Below, one piece after another: positions 10,258 through 18,878 of a DNA stretch of 64,000 nucleotides. The notes beneath the pieces are model-generated. The model had not been told where the DNA came from and ran no database searches. It saw only the letters and a program-made list of their open reading frames with translations. Both the position numbers and the translations under genes were made by a program. The first letter of the stretch is position 1, and every line of letters starts with the position of its first letter. The DNA comes from Escherichia phage UP19. Location of the stretch: the sequence record OX638288; one strand, written 5' to 3'.

Positions 10258-10851
10258 ATGAATACTTTAAAGAAAATTGTTGAGTTCATCCGTTCTAAAC
10301 TGGGTACCGCAATGACTCAGAACCTGTCAATTGAAGACCAGTATACTAAAGCTGCTTCTACCCTGATTGATAAAATTACCGAACTTCAGACTGCTCATGT
10401 TAAGTCGGTGAATGAAGAAAAACGCATTCGTGCATTGGCAAATGAAAAAGACCAGCTCGCTGCTTCTAAAGAACGTGAAATTCGTAAACTGATTAAAGAA
10501 GGCGCCGATGTTCAGGTGCATGCTAAACTAGGCCTCCTTTATCGTCGTACCGCTAATCAACTTCGTAAGAAAGCAGACGATTATATCGAAATGCGTAATG
10601 AAATTAAACTGAAGGTCAAGGAACTTGATGACTCTCGTCAAGAACTGGCTGTTAAGCTCGAGTACATCCGTGAAACTCGTAATATGGCTGCCCTTGGTAT
10701 TGCTACTGCCGATGATGTGGTTGAAATCGCTGCACTGACTAAGATTGATATTGAAGATACCCTGCTGCGTGTAGAAACGTTTAAAGGCCCACAAGTTGGA
10801 ATGGATACGACTTCAGCTGATATCGAAGACTACATTAATTCACTTAAGTAA
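10258..10851 (+). CDS. coiled-coil protein, PspA/IM30-like (tentative)
   Basis: 197 aa predicted all-helical; heptad-rich; layout and N-terminal amphipathic segment resemble PspA-family proteins. Confidence 0.5.
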   Translation: MNTLKKIVEFIRSKLGTAMTQNLSIEDQYTKAASTLIDKITELQTAHVKSVNEEKRIRALANEKDQLAASKEREIRKLIKEGADVQVHAKLGLLYRRTANQLRKKADDYIEMRNEIKLKVKELDDSRQELAVKLEYIRETRNMAALGIATADDVVEIAALTKIDIEDTLLRVETFKGPQVGMDTTSADIEDYINSLK

Positions 10852-10857
10852 TATTAC

Positions 10858-10880
10858 CGGGAGACTTCGGTCTCCCTATT
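10858..10880 (+). terminator. rho-independent terminator (UUCG tetraloop)
   Basis: gggagac-ttcg-gtctccc followed by tattt. Confidence 0.6.
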
Positions 10881-10899
10881 TGGAGGAGAGGAGAATATT

Positions 10900-11442
10900 A
10901 TGAGTTTATATGATAACCTTATATCAAATATTGATTGGTTTAAAAATAGTGGTCTTTCCCATGAAACCAATTCAGTTCTTTATAGAATTCGCCAAGACCT
11001 AGGCTATTCAAACGATTTCTTAAGCAGAACATCTAGCCGTGGCGATACTACCAAATTACCTTTTATTTTTGCTTTAGCTGAAGACCTTTCTTTTGAAGAT
11101 GCTTTGGAAATTATTGACGTAAATCTGACTATTCAACGAGTGGAATTCGCTGGACTACGTTATTCAGTATATTCTTTAAATGAGAGCGATGATTGTGTGC
11201 TTCTTAATATGGCAGATGATGATTACCATTTAGTATGCTATGTGGCTTTAGAAAATGGTGATGTATTTGGAATGGTCGACCGTCGACCATCTTACACTGA
11301 TATTAAAAATTATGATAAAGCCGAGCTTGGTATCTTAACTGCTGAGTACACATTAGAAAGTCGTAAACAACAACGGAAGCTTAATCGCTTTATTGCTGAA
11401 TGCCGTGAATACGCTAAAGAGGTTCAAAATGGAACGGCCTAG
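10900..11442 (+). CDS. hypothetical protein
   Basis: 180 aa; SD ggaggagagg upstream; C-terminal ...LNRFIAECREY motif shared with two other ORFs. Confidence 0.55.
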   Translation: MSLYDNLISNIDWFKNSGLSHETNSVLYRIRQDLGYSNDFLSRTSSRGDTTKLPFIFALAEDLSFEDALEIIDVNLTIQRVEFAGLRYSVYSLNESDDCVLLNMADDDYHLVCYVALENGDVFGMVDRRPSYTDIKNYDKAELGILTAEYTLESRKQQRKLNRFIAECREYAKEVQNGTA

Positions 11443-11782
11443 TCTTTCATCGCATGTTTATCAATTGGCTGAATATGATATTGCTATTTCCTTATTCACG
11501 GGAATTGTCACAGGTATGCTCGGCGGTCTGGTTGGTCTGGTAATGACCACAGTTATGGCTGCAATCGAAGGAGTCATGCCTATTGAGATGGGTTTCTATA
11601 TGATAATCGCTCCGGCTGTCGTGGCTTATTTTATCCCTCTTGTGTATGATATTTGCCATACAAATGCTTTGAATGCTCCCATCCGTAAGAGATATGCTTT
11701 AGAGATGGCTAATTATAATGAGTATGTAAAACAAACCAAACGTAATGACCTTGAAACCTTTATTAAGGAATGTAAATCATGA
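11429..11782 (+). CDS. small membrane protein
   Basis: ATG 11429; 117 aa; two TM helices; ends ...LETFIKECKS. Confidence 0.5.
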   Translation: MERPSLSSHVYQLAEYDIAISLFTGIVTGMLGGLVGLVMTTVMAAIEGVMPIEMGFYMIIAPAVVAYFIPLVYDICHTNALNAPIRKRYALEMANYNEYVKQTKRNDLETFIKECKS

Positions 11783-12069
11783 ATAAAATTGAAATTGAAA
11801 TCCCTGAATACAACGACGAGAAATCTGCAGAAAAAGCTATCTATGCTCTTCTGAATAAAGTAGATACCATCGAACATGAATGTGAAGCTATTGCTGATAA
11901 GTACGGTATTCAATTCGGAACAGGTGATTATGGCTCAGGACGTACATACTACCCTGTTGGTTATGAATGCTCCCAGTGGTTTAAAGATGAAATTGAAAAC
12001 AATGGTGGTGAAGTTGAAAATGGCGTCGTTACAGTTGGTGCCTGGATCTCCTCTTCAGCATTATGCTAA
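11779..12069 (+). CDS. tandem paralog family member A (C-terminal W-x-SSS-x-C)
   Basis: 96 aa ending ...GAWISSSALC; first of five consecutive paralogs. Confidence 0.6.
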   Translation: MNKIEIEIPEYNDEKSAEKAIYALLNKVDTIEHECEAIADKYGIQFGTGDYGSGRTYYPVGYECSQWFKDEIENNGGEVENGVVTVGAWISSSALC

Positions 12070-12078
12070 GGAAACGCT

Positions 12079-12360
12079 ATGATGAATGATAATCATAACC
12101 ACCCAGAGCTTCTGGCCGCAGTAAAAGAAATTCATGAAGCTATTCGTCGTGCCGAGGAAATTGCAGACAAATATGAGACTCATTTTAATATATACCCTGC
12201 TCGCGGTATGGGCGGTGACTATTATTCTCCTGGCGCCCTGAAAGCTGACCTAGCCCACTGGGAAGAAGATGGTCATCCTGAATGGGCTATTGTTAATACT
12301 CATGACTATACAACTGACCTGGAAAATGGTGGTTGGGTGTCCTCTTCTTCTGAATGTTAA
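12079..12360 (+). CDS. tandem paralog family member B
   Basis: 93 aa ending ...GGWVSSSSEC; shares IADKY and GDY motifs with member A. Confidence 0.6.
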   Translation: MMNDNHNHPELLAAVKEIHEAIRRAEEIADKYETHFNIYPARGMGGDYYSPGALKADLAHWEEDGHPEWAIVNTHDYTTDLENGGWVSSSSEC

Positions 12361-12369
12361 GGAAATATT

Positions 12370-12567
12370 ATGTCTCGTGAATTAGATTGTGCAATCCGTA
12401 CTGCCGCCGCGGCTATTGAAAACGTTATCCAGATTTGCAAAGAAGAACGTGAAGAAGCTGATATCTATATCGATGGTGTTCGTGACCTGGAACGACATAT
12501 CACGCTTTACAATGGTTGTATTACAATTAGTGGTACCTCTTGGGTGTCCTCCTCTTACGAATGCTAA
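12370..12567 (+). CDS. tandem paralog family member C
   Basis: 65 aa ending ...TSWVSSSYEC. Confidence 0.6.
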   Translation: MSRELDCAIRTAAAAIENVIQICKEEREEADIYIDGVRDLERHITLYNGCITISGTSWVSSSYEC

Positions 12568-12576
12568 GGTAATAAA

Positions 12577-12789
12577 ATGACTATTGATGAAATTGAAAAA
12601 CAAATCCGTGAATTAGTACGTAAAGGCCAGTCCGTGGCTGATGAAACAGGTGAAGAGTTCCATGTTTCCGGTCGTGGACAATACATTTCTCCAAAGAATC
12701 CGGAATATGATGATTACGAATGGGCCCGTGATGATTACGGTATCCCAGATGGTGAAGGTTTCTGGTTTACATCCTCTATGTCTTGCTAA
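12577..12789 (+). CDS. tandem paralog family member D
   Basis: 70 aa ending ...FWFTSSMSC. Confidence 0.6.
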   Translation: MTIDEIEKQIRELVRKGQSVADETGEEFHVSGRGQYISPKNPEYDDYEWARDDYGIPDGEGFWFTSSMSC

Positions 12790-12798
12790 GGTGATAAA

Positions 12799-13023
12799 AT
12801 GTCTGATATTAATGAATTAGAAAAAGCTGCTCTTGAACTGGCTGCATTGTATAAGAAAGTAAAAGATATGGCTTCTGCTCAAAGTTTTGGTGTTGAGTTA
12901 GACGATTACGATGGTGAAGTTCGTCTTGAAGATTGGTTGAATAGCTCTTGTTACGGCGAAGAAGCTGGTCGCACCTTCGTTGCTCGTTCCGATGGTAAAA
13001 TCTGGTACCCGAGCTCATGCTAA
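12799..13023 (+). CDS. tandem paralog family member E
   Basis: 74 aa ending ...KIWYPSSC. Confidence 0.6.
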   Translation: MSDINELEKAALELAALYKKVKDMASAQSFGVELDDYDGEVRLEDWLNSSCYGEEAGRTFVARSDGKIWYPSSC

Positions 13024-13244
13024 AATTAAAGAAAAGATACATTCGTAAAATAAACGGTCTTCGCGATTATGCCAAAGGTTGGCCATTAAGTATTATTATG
13101 GCTGATAGACACCCACGTTATAATACTGAGATGACCTATTATAAAAAGTATGATTCATATTGTCGGTCTAAAGCAGGTCGTTTAGATGGTTCTTATGAAG
13201 AATATTTTGGCAAAAAACCTACTCGTATTTCGTTAGGAAAATAA
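13017..13244 (+). CDS. hypothetical basic protein
   Basis: 75 aa ORF; start overlaps previous stop. Confidence 0.4.
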   Translation: MLKLKKRYIRKINGLRDYAKGWPLSIIMADRHPRYNTEMTYYKKYDSYCRSKAGRLDGSYEEYFGKKPTRISLGK

Positions 13245-13274
13245 TTTAGCCACATGGACGTGGTAGGAGGACTT

Positions 13275-13604
13275 ATGCACAAAGATTCAGTATTCAAATA
13301 TCTTTTGAAAACAGATAAAGAATTCTATATGAATGGGCAAGCTTTCTTGTTCGTTCGTGGTAAACGTGAGATGTTTTATAAATGCGACCTCTCAATGCAC
13401 CATCACATGTATCATACTCATGGTGAGCCTATACTAGGGTTCTCTGGTGACGAGACTAGACGCATAGCTATGTATTATGACCATTTTAAGCTCAATGACT
13501 GTGGTGACAACGCTTTGGTCTGGAATCCATCTTGGCGTCGTTGGGATACGGTAGACAACGATAAATTATTTTTAGAATATTGCAGAAGTGATGTACAACT
13601 CTAA
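13275..13604 (+). CDS. hypothetical protein
   Basis: ATG 13275 after SD aggagg; 109 aa, His/Cys-rich. Confidence 0.5.
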   Translation: MHKDSVFKYLLKTDKEFYMNGQAFLFVRGKREMFYKCDLSMHHHMYHTHGEPILGFSGDETRRIAMYYDHFKLNDCGDNALVWNPSWRRWDTVDNDKLFLEYCRSDVQL

Positions 13605-13647
13605 AAACTTGTGTTACTATTACCTTACACAAACATGAGGAGAACAT

Positions 13648-13887
13648 ATGTGGTATTACTCTCCATTGTCTGATAAGTCTGATGAGCCGGTACGAATTAC
13701 TCGTGCCAAGTTTAAAAAGATTTATGGTTTTGCCTATAAGAAGTCTGATTATGGTGTTCGTTTTGAAGATGCTCACTGTATCAATGACCCTTATACAGAA
13801 GAAATCTCTAATGAGATAATTCCTATCATTAAGAATAATTCTGATGATATGTGGGAATTGCATAACGATTACGTTGCTGAAATTTAA
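13648..13887 (+). CDS. hypothetical protein
   Basis: SD gaggag before ATG; 79 aa. Confidence 0.5.
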   Translation: MWYYSPLSDKSDEPVRITRAKFKKIYGFAYKKSDYGVRFEDAHCINDPYTEEISNEIIPIIKNNSDDMWELHNDYVAEI

Positions 13888-13908
13888 GTTTACTCTGAGG
13901 AAAATATT

Positions 13909-14868
13909 ATGATGCTAGTTATTGGTTCTCGTGCACTGCACCATGCAGGTCTGATTGAAAGTAAGTATATAGAAAATTCTGATTGGGATTTCATTGCCGA
14001 CCAAGGCTCGTGGAATCAATTTAAAGCCCGGATGTTCGGTGCTCACGTTCCTGTGGATAATCCAGATGTCCAGGCTTTTAAATGCATGTACAATGGTAAA
14101 GAAACCTATTTTGAAGCTTATATCGTTCGTGCTCTGACTAACGTACGAGAAATTACCGGTGAGCTTCAAGACGAAGATTTCACTTCAAGCTATCGTCTCC
14201 TGAAATATGCTGAAACCCATATTCAAAAGGACCGTCTTACTGGTTTCTATTGGGCAACCCCTGATATCTGTCTGGCTATCAAAATGAGCCATCGTTATTT
14301 GAAGAACAACCCGTTCTTTTTGAAGACGATGTCCCACATCAAATATCTTCGTAATAAAGGTGTAACCTTGAATGAAGAGCTCCAAGAAATCATGTTGCAA
14401 CGTCAGAAAGAAACGTTGAGCTATTCTCATCCTAAATTGGATGTAAACAAATCATCATTCTTTAATGATACCATTTATACGCTAGACCATGACTCTATCC
14501 ACGAAGCTGTGGCATTGGCTGGACGCCCTGCATATACCTTTTATATGAAGGAAGGTTCTGAAGTCATGACCTCACGTGAGAAGTTTGAAGCTTTGCCTGA
14601 AGCTATTAAACTGGCTGGCGTATATGAAGAAACTTGTGTGTTGGCCCTAGAACGTTCACAGGTTCCTAACAACTTTAATATTTCACCGTCATTAAGTTTC
14701 TATATGGCTCTTGAGAAAGTGTGTACCTCAATCACTTCAGGCTGGTTCCGTGAGTATGCCTGGGAAAACTACCAAGCTGTAGTGAATATGTATAAGACCC
14801 TAGGTGAAAATGACTACATCAAGCGGTTCCAAGATAACCATCATTTAATTCGTCCTTTCGAAAAATAA
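13909..14868 (+). CDS. hypothetical protein (319 aa), function unknown
   Basis: Long ORF with SD gaggaaaatatt ATG; no confident family assignment by eye. Confidence 0.6.
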   Translation: MMLVIGSRALHHAGLIESKYIENSDWDFIADQGSWNQFKARMFGAHVPVDNPDVQAFKCMYNGKETYFEAYIVRALTNVREITGELQDEDFTSSYRLLKYAETHIQKDRLTGFYWATPDICLAIKMSHRYLKNNPFFLKTMSHIKYLRNKGVTLNEELQEIMLQRQKETLSYSHPKLDVNKSSFFNDTIYTLDHDSIHEAVALAGRPAYTFYMKEGSEVMTSREKFEALPEAIKLAGVYEETCVLALERSQVPNNFNISPSLSFYMALEKVCTSITSGWFREYAWENYQAVVNMYKTLGENDYIKRFQDNHHLIRPFEK

Positions 14869-14880
14869 TTGCATAAAACA

Positions 14881-14920
14881 GTATACAAGGTCTATAGGTG
14901 TGATACTATAGACCTATCAA
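14881..14920 (+). promoter_or_regulatory. early promoter / stem-loop cassette (PeSL-like)
   Basis: gtatacaaggtctataggtgtgatactatagacctatcaa; ggtctatag/ctatagacc inverted repeat. Confidence 0.55.
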
Positions 14921-14946
14921 AACAACAGAGTGAAATGGAGAATAAA

Positions 14947-15159
14947 ATGAAACTTTCTAACCAAGCAATCAACATGTTAAACGAAGTTCGTGCAGCTGGT
15001 GCTAAATGTCTGATGGTTAACACTCGTGACGGTGACCTTCGTCAAGCATTTGGTGAATTGAAATCTGCTGACCTGGTTAAATGTTCAGTTGGTATCGGTA
15101 ACGCACTTCGTGTATCCTTATCCCCTAAAGGTAAAATGTACTTTTTCAACAAAAAGTAA
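14947..15159 (+). CDS. hypothetical small protein
   Basis: ATG 14947 after SD ggaga; 70 aa. Confidence 0.55.
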   Translation: MKLSNQAINMLNEVRAAGAKCLMVNTRDGDLRQAFGELKSADLVKCSVGIGNALRVSLSPKGKMYFFNKK

Positions 15160-15173
15160 TTGAGGAAAATATT

Positions 15174-15860
15174 ATGAACAGCCCGAAAACTTTTAATTCC
15201 AAAGCTCGTGCAGTGGGTAGTTTTGCCGGTAAAATTTCTAACGATAAAATCAAAAACGAAACTATGTTCTTCAACAGCTCATTGGCTTTCGCTTTTGATA
15301 ATGGTGGCCCTATTACTCGCAGCTTCATCATGAACCTGCCGGATGATTGGAACACTGACCAGGTTGTATTTGATTCTCGAGTTCATATGCTTATGCCTGG
15401 TTGGTATCCTGCTATCCCAGGTTATCACCATGATGATGTACCACGCCCGGATATTCCGGTTGGTCAACACTTTATTACCGCAGGGCAACCTGATTATGAT
15501 AATCCTCGATACCATTCTGAACATATTCTTGGTCTTGTTAACGCTGATGTGTGTCCTACTTATTTTGCAACCGGAACTGCACAATTTAGCCAGATTCCTG
15601 AAGGCGAACTTATCTATCGCCAGTGGCATAAAGAAGTTCTGGAAAAAATTGAGTCCAATGAATTAACCAAGTGGGATGCTCCTGACCGCACATTGCTCCA
15701 GTTTGATTGGCAGACGTGGCATACTGGTTCTCGTGCAGTAAGTAATGGCTGGCGCTGGTTTGGTCGTGTGTCCCGTAATACCGACCGTGTTAAAAAGATT
15801 ACAAATGAAATCCGCGTTAATGCTCAAGTATATCTGGAATTCCCTATGGAGGGCTGGTAA
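15174..15860 (+). CDS. hypothetical protein; possible 2OG-Fe(II)-oxygenase-like H-x-D...H...R-x-S arrangement (weak)
   Basis: 228 aa; YHHDD then later WHTGSRAVS; assignment by eye only. Confidence 0.5.
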   Translation: MNSPKTFNSKARAVGSFAGKISNDKIKNETMFFNSSLAFAFDNGGPITRSFIMNLPDDWNTDQVVFDSRVHMLMPGWYPAIPGYHHDDVPRPDIPVGQHFITAGQPDYDNPRYHSEHILGLVNADVCPTYFATGTAQFSQIPEGELIYRQWHKEVLEKIESNELTKWDAPDRTLLQFDWQTWHTGSRAVSNGWRWFGRVSRNTDRVKKITNEIRVNAQVYLEFPMEGW

Positions 15861-16447
15861 TGGCCCTTTATGAACCTGGTTGCATGGGTGTTGATGTAAA
15901 CTTCATCCGTCGGTCAGAAAATGCCGGAATCATTATCCCAAGTGGTGAACATATGATTATTAAAAAGTCCTGGCGAAATATTGATGATGGGGATGAAGGA
16001 ATTTCAGCCAGTACAATAGATTGGTCAGGTTGTACTGCTGAAATGAAACAACTTTTAATTGAGGAATATAAAATGGGCTATATCGTAAATGGTTGGCAAC
16101 CAGAACCCCATAAAGAACAGACACCAGACCCATTGATTTGTTATAGCAAAAAATACGGCTTTCGTACATGGAGTGATGAATACGACAAATTAGTGAGTTC
16201 TAGGTTCTATGTTTGGATGGGGATATTATTTTTCCCACTCCTAGGGTTTTTCCTGACAACGGATAATGACTTACCTATTAGTGTGTTTGCTTCAGCGATG
16301 TCGGCGGCAATCTTAGGGCTTATTGCATCATTTTTATGGACTGCAGTTATTGAAGTACCTTTTCGTATTTCTAAAGTTAAAAAGGTGTATGACGATATCA
16401 CTAAGAAAAATGCATTAAACTCTTTTATTGAGGAATGCCGTAAATGA
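15860..16447 (+). CDS. membrane protein
   Basis: 195 aa; C-terminal TM helices; ends ...LNSFIEECRK. Confidence 0.55.
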   Translation: MALYEPGCMGVDVNFIRRSENAGIIIPSGEHMIIKKSWRNIDDGDEGISASTIDWSGCTAEMKQLLIEEYKMGYIVNGWQPEPHKEQTPDPLICYSKKYGFRTWSDEYDKLVSSRFYVWMGILFFPLLGFFLTTDNDLPISVFASAMSAAILGLIASFLWTAVIEVPFRISKVKKVYDDITKKNALNSFIEECRK

Positions 16448-16680
16448 GTATTGCGATTTATATTAAATCCGAGTCATGCGATTCTTATCTGTATTCCTAT
16501 GACACCGGAACATCAGAAGAGAAAATCAAAGAAGATTTAGAAACCGACTTGGATATGTTCCGTCCTATTTCTGACTATATGGTCCAAGTGTCTGATAGTG
16601 AAAGCCCGTCATTAGAAAATAGACTTGAATTTTTAATGAGCGATATTTTTAACCAATCATGGAAACGTGATGATGAGTAA
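16444..16680 (+). CDS. hypothetical acidic protein
   Basis: 78 aa ORF overlapping neighbours by 4 and 14 nt. Confidence 0.5.
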   Translation: MSIAIYIKSESCDSYLYSYDTGTSEEKIKEDLETDLDMFRPISDYMVQVSDSESPSLENRLEFLMSDIFNQSWKRDDE

Positions 16681-17122
16681 GAAAGTTAAAGAACTATCAG
16701 CCGGTATTTTGTTCATGACTGTCGATAAAGAATTGGTTATGGGTCGTGTAACAGGTTCTCGTAATCCAGAGAATATGCGTCATAAATGGGACATTCCTAA
16801 AGGCCATGTCGAACCAGGTGAAGAGCCTATTCAAGCTGCTATGCGTGAAACCGAAGAAGAGATTGGATTCACTGCATATGACCCTGCGTTCCTGAAAGAC
16901 CTAGGTGAGTTCAAATATTCTAGCAATAAGAATCTACATCTGTTCTTATATACTGTGCCTGTCGAACACGAGCAGTTCAAGGATTGCAAATGTACCGCTT
17001 ATCATACGTTCCCTGACGGCCGTACGATTCCTGAATTCGATGCCTTTGCCTTGATTAAACGTCCGCAATGGGAATATGTCATGGGCCCGTCGATGTTTAA
17101 GGTTTTAGATTCGCTCTTTTGA
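16667..17122 (+). CDS. nudE: Nudix hydrolase (NudE-like, T4 e.1)
   Basis: Nudix box GHVEPGEEPIQAAMRETEEEIGF; immediately upstream of lysozyme as in T4. Confidence 0.85.
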   Translation: MMMSKKVKELSAGILFMTVDKELVMGRVTGSRNPENMRHKWDIPKGHVEPGEEPIQAAMRETEEEIGFTAYDPAFLKDLGEFKYSSNKNLHLFLYTVPVEHEQFKDCKCTAYHTFPDGRTIPEFDAFALIKRPQWEYVMGPSMFKVLDSLF

Positions 17123-17130
17123 TATAAATA
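17123..17130 (+). promoter_or_regulatory. late promoter TATAAATA for lysozyme, with SD-sequestering hairpin downstream
   Basis: TATAAATA followed by cctcct-ataatc-aggagg; 3' arm is the SD of gene e. Confidence 0.65.
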
Positions 17131-17152
17131 CCTCCTATAATCAGGAGGTATT

Positions 17153-17647
17153 ATGGATATTTTTGATATGTTACGTCAAGACGAAGGTCTTGATTTAAAT
17201 CTTTATAAAGACACTGAAGGTTATTGGACTATTGGTATTGGCCAGTTAGTTACCAAGAACCCATCTAAAGATGTTGCTCGTGCCGAACTTGACAAACTTA
17301 TGGGTCGGGTTTGCAATGGACGTATTACTATGGCTGAAGCTGAACAACTCTTTAACCGTTCAGTGGAAAATGCTCGTAGAGCTATAATGCGTAATCCTAA
17401 ATTGAAACCGGTTTATGATGTGCTGGACGAAGTTCGTCGTTGCGCGCTGATTAATATGGTCTTTCAAATGGGTGAAGCTGGTGTCGCTGGATTTACCAAC
17501 TCTCTGCGTATGCTCCAGCAGAAACGTTGGGATGATGCCGCAGTTAACCTGGTGCAGTCCCGTTGGTATAAGCAGACTCCGAATCGCGCTAAGCGAGTTA
17601 TCTCTACATTTAAAACAGGAACTTGGAAAGCATATGAAAACCTATAA
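17153..17647 (+). CDS. e: endolysin, T4 lysozyme family
   Basis: 164 aa [13 protein letters not shown]...[13 protein letters not shown]...; Glu11/Asp20 context conserved; clear T4 lysozyme homolog. Confidence 0.95.
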   Translation: MDIFDMLRQDEGLDLNLYKDTEGYWTIGIGQLVTKNPSKDVARAELDKLMGRVCNGRITMAEAEQLFNRSVENARRAIMRNPKLKPVYDVLDEVRRCALINMVFQMGEAGVAGFTNSLRMLQQKRWDDAAVNLVQSRWYKQTPNRAKRVISTFKTGTWKAYENL

Positions 17648-17903
17648 AGAATTTTTGGCCGAATCTCAACTGAACGAAAACACTGACCTAGACCGTATGA
17701 CATTCCTGGCTAAGAAAGGCGGCTTCGAATTTAAAGCCATTAAGAAAGTAAATGGGTATTCTTTTGAAGTCGGTGAATATACCTTTGGTAACAAGGGTGA
17801 TGGCCAGTGGCAAATTGTTAAAAACGGCAAAGAAGTAGACTACCTTTTCGGTAAGAAACTTAGTGACATTGCTAAAATAATGGGCGAATATTCTAAAAAA
17901 TAG
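17634..17903 (+). CDS. internal-protein-like protein ([13 protein letters not shown])
   Basis: ATG 17634 overlapping end of e; N-terminus [12 protein letters not shown]; position like T4 ipIII/ipII. Confidence 0.65.
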   Translation: MKTYKEFLAESQLNENTDLDRMTFLAKKGGFEFKAIKKVNGYSFEVGEYTFGNKGDGQWQIVKNGKEVDYLFGKKLSDIAKIMGEYSKK

Positions 17904-17943
17904 TTTACATCTCCTGTATGCATGATATTATAGACCTATCAAT
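17903..17943 (+). promoter_or_regulatory. early promoter / stem-loop cassette (PeSL-like)
   Basis: gtttacatctcctgtatgcatgatattatagacctatcaattacaggaga; arms tctcctgta / tacaggaga. Confidence 0.65.
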
Positions 17944-17959
17944 TACAGGAGATTACAAA

Positions 17960-18376
17960 ATGACTCGTATCAACCTTACCTTAGTATCTGAATTGGCTGA
18001 CCAACACTTAATGGCTGAATACCGTGAATTACCACGTGTTTTCGGTGCAGTTCGTAAGCATGTTGCTAACGGTAAACGTGTTCGTGATTTTAAAATCAGC
18101 CCTACTTTTATCCTTGGTACAGGCCATGTTACATTCTTTTATGATAAGCTTGAATTTTTACGTAAGCGACAAATTGAGCTTATAGCCGAATGTTTAAAAC
18201 GTGGATTCAATATCAAGGATACTACTGTCCAAGACATTTCCGATATTCCACAGGAATTCCGTGGTGATTATATTCCTCACGAAGCTTCTATCGCTATTTC
18301 ACAAGCCCGTTTGGATGAAAAAATTGCACAGCGTCCTACCTGGTACAAATATTATGGTAAGGCTATTTACGCTTAA
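17960..18376 (+). CDS. denV: endonuclease V, pyrimidine dimer glycosylase/AP lyase
   Basis: 138 aa [34 protein letters not shown]...; essentially identical to remembered T4 endonuclease V. Confidence 0.95.
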   Translation: MTRINLTLVSELADQHLMAEYRELPRVFGAVRKHVANGKRVRDFKISPTFILGTGHVTFFYDKLEFLRKRQIELIAECLKRGFNIKDTTVQDISDIPQEFRGDYIPHEASIAISQARLDEKIAQRPTWYKYYGKAIYA

Positions 18377-18418
18377 TTAAATCCGTGATAGAATACTTCT
18401 ATCAACTTAAGGAATAAT

Positions 18419-18718
18419 ATGAAAACTTATCAAGAATTTATTACAGAAGCCAAAGCTCCTAAAGCATTCCAAATAGGTGTCCAAGGCACCTTAGACCAAG
18501 AATATGTTGATGCTATTGTAGCAAGCCTCGGTAAACAGGGCGTACAAGTGGATTTGGTTGATTTTACTAAAGGTAATACTTTTAATATTGTTACATCTAA
18601 AGGCTCTTTAGCTAAAGTTAAAAAGGCCTTTGGTGTAGCCCAAGCATACGAAATCGACCACTCTGAATTAGAAAATAAAGGTCGCCAGAATACAATTAAA
18701 GGTTCTGGTTCTTTCTAA
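18419..18718 (+). CDS. internal-protein-like protein (CTS MKTYQEFITE)
   Basis: 99 aa; first 32 nt identical to ORF 5766. Confidence 0.65.
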   Translation: MKTYQEFITEAKAPKAFQIGVQGTLDQEYVDAIVASLGKQGVQVDLVDFTKGNTFNIVTSKGSLAKVKKAFGVAQAYEIDHSELENKGRQNTIKGSGSF

Positions 18719-18878
18719 TAAAGGCAAGCCGACCCTCTCCTCATGAACGTCGCATCCTCTGAGTGATGGACCTTTCCCTACCTGTAATAAGGTCGAGCCC
18801 AAGTGCGGTAAAGGGTTTACATACGGATACATGGATGAATTATGTGCCAAGGAACGGCCCCACAACTAAGAGACCACT

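Noticed and set aside
13492-13863. 123-aa minus-strand ORF
   Set aside because: Overlaps two plus-strand ORFs that have proper SD sequences and fit the unidirectional gene tiling; no RBS on minus strand.
13909-14868. Possible nucleotidyltransferase motif in the 319-aa ORF (IGSRALHHAGL...SDWDF)
   Set aside because: The G-S to D-x-D spacing (about 17 residues) is longer than in minimal nucleotidyltransferases and nothing else supports it; left as hypothetical.
14869-14946. N-terminal extensions of track ORFs (e.g. 14869, 17918, 20143, 31807, 47699, 51442) running through promoter cassettes
   Set aside because: The extensions read through conserved promoter/stem-loop sequence and use non-ATG or distant starts. 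The real starts are the internal ATGs with SD sequences, in several cases confirmed by match to T4 N-termini (denV, regB, 43).
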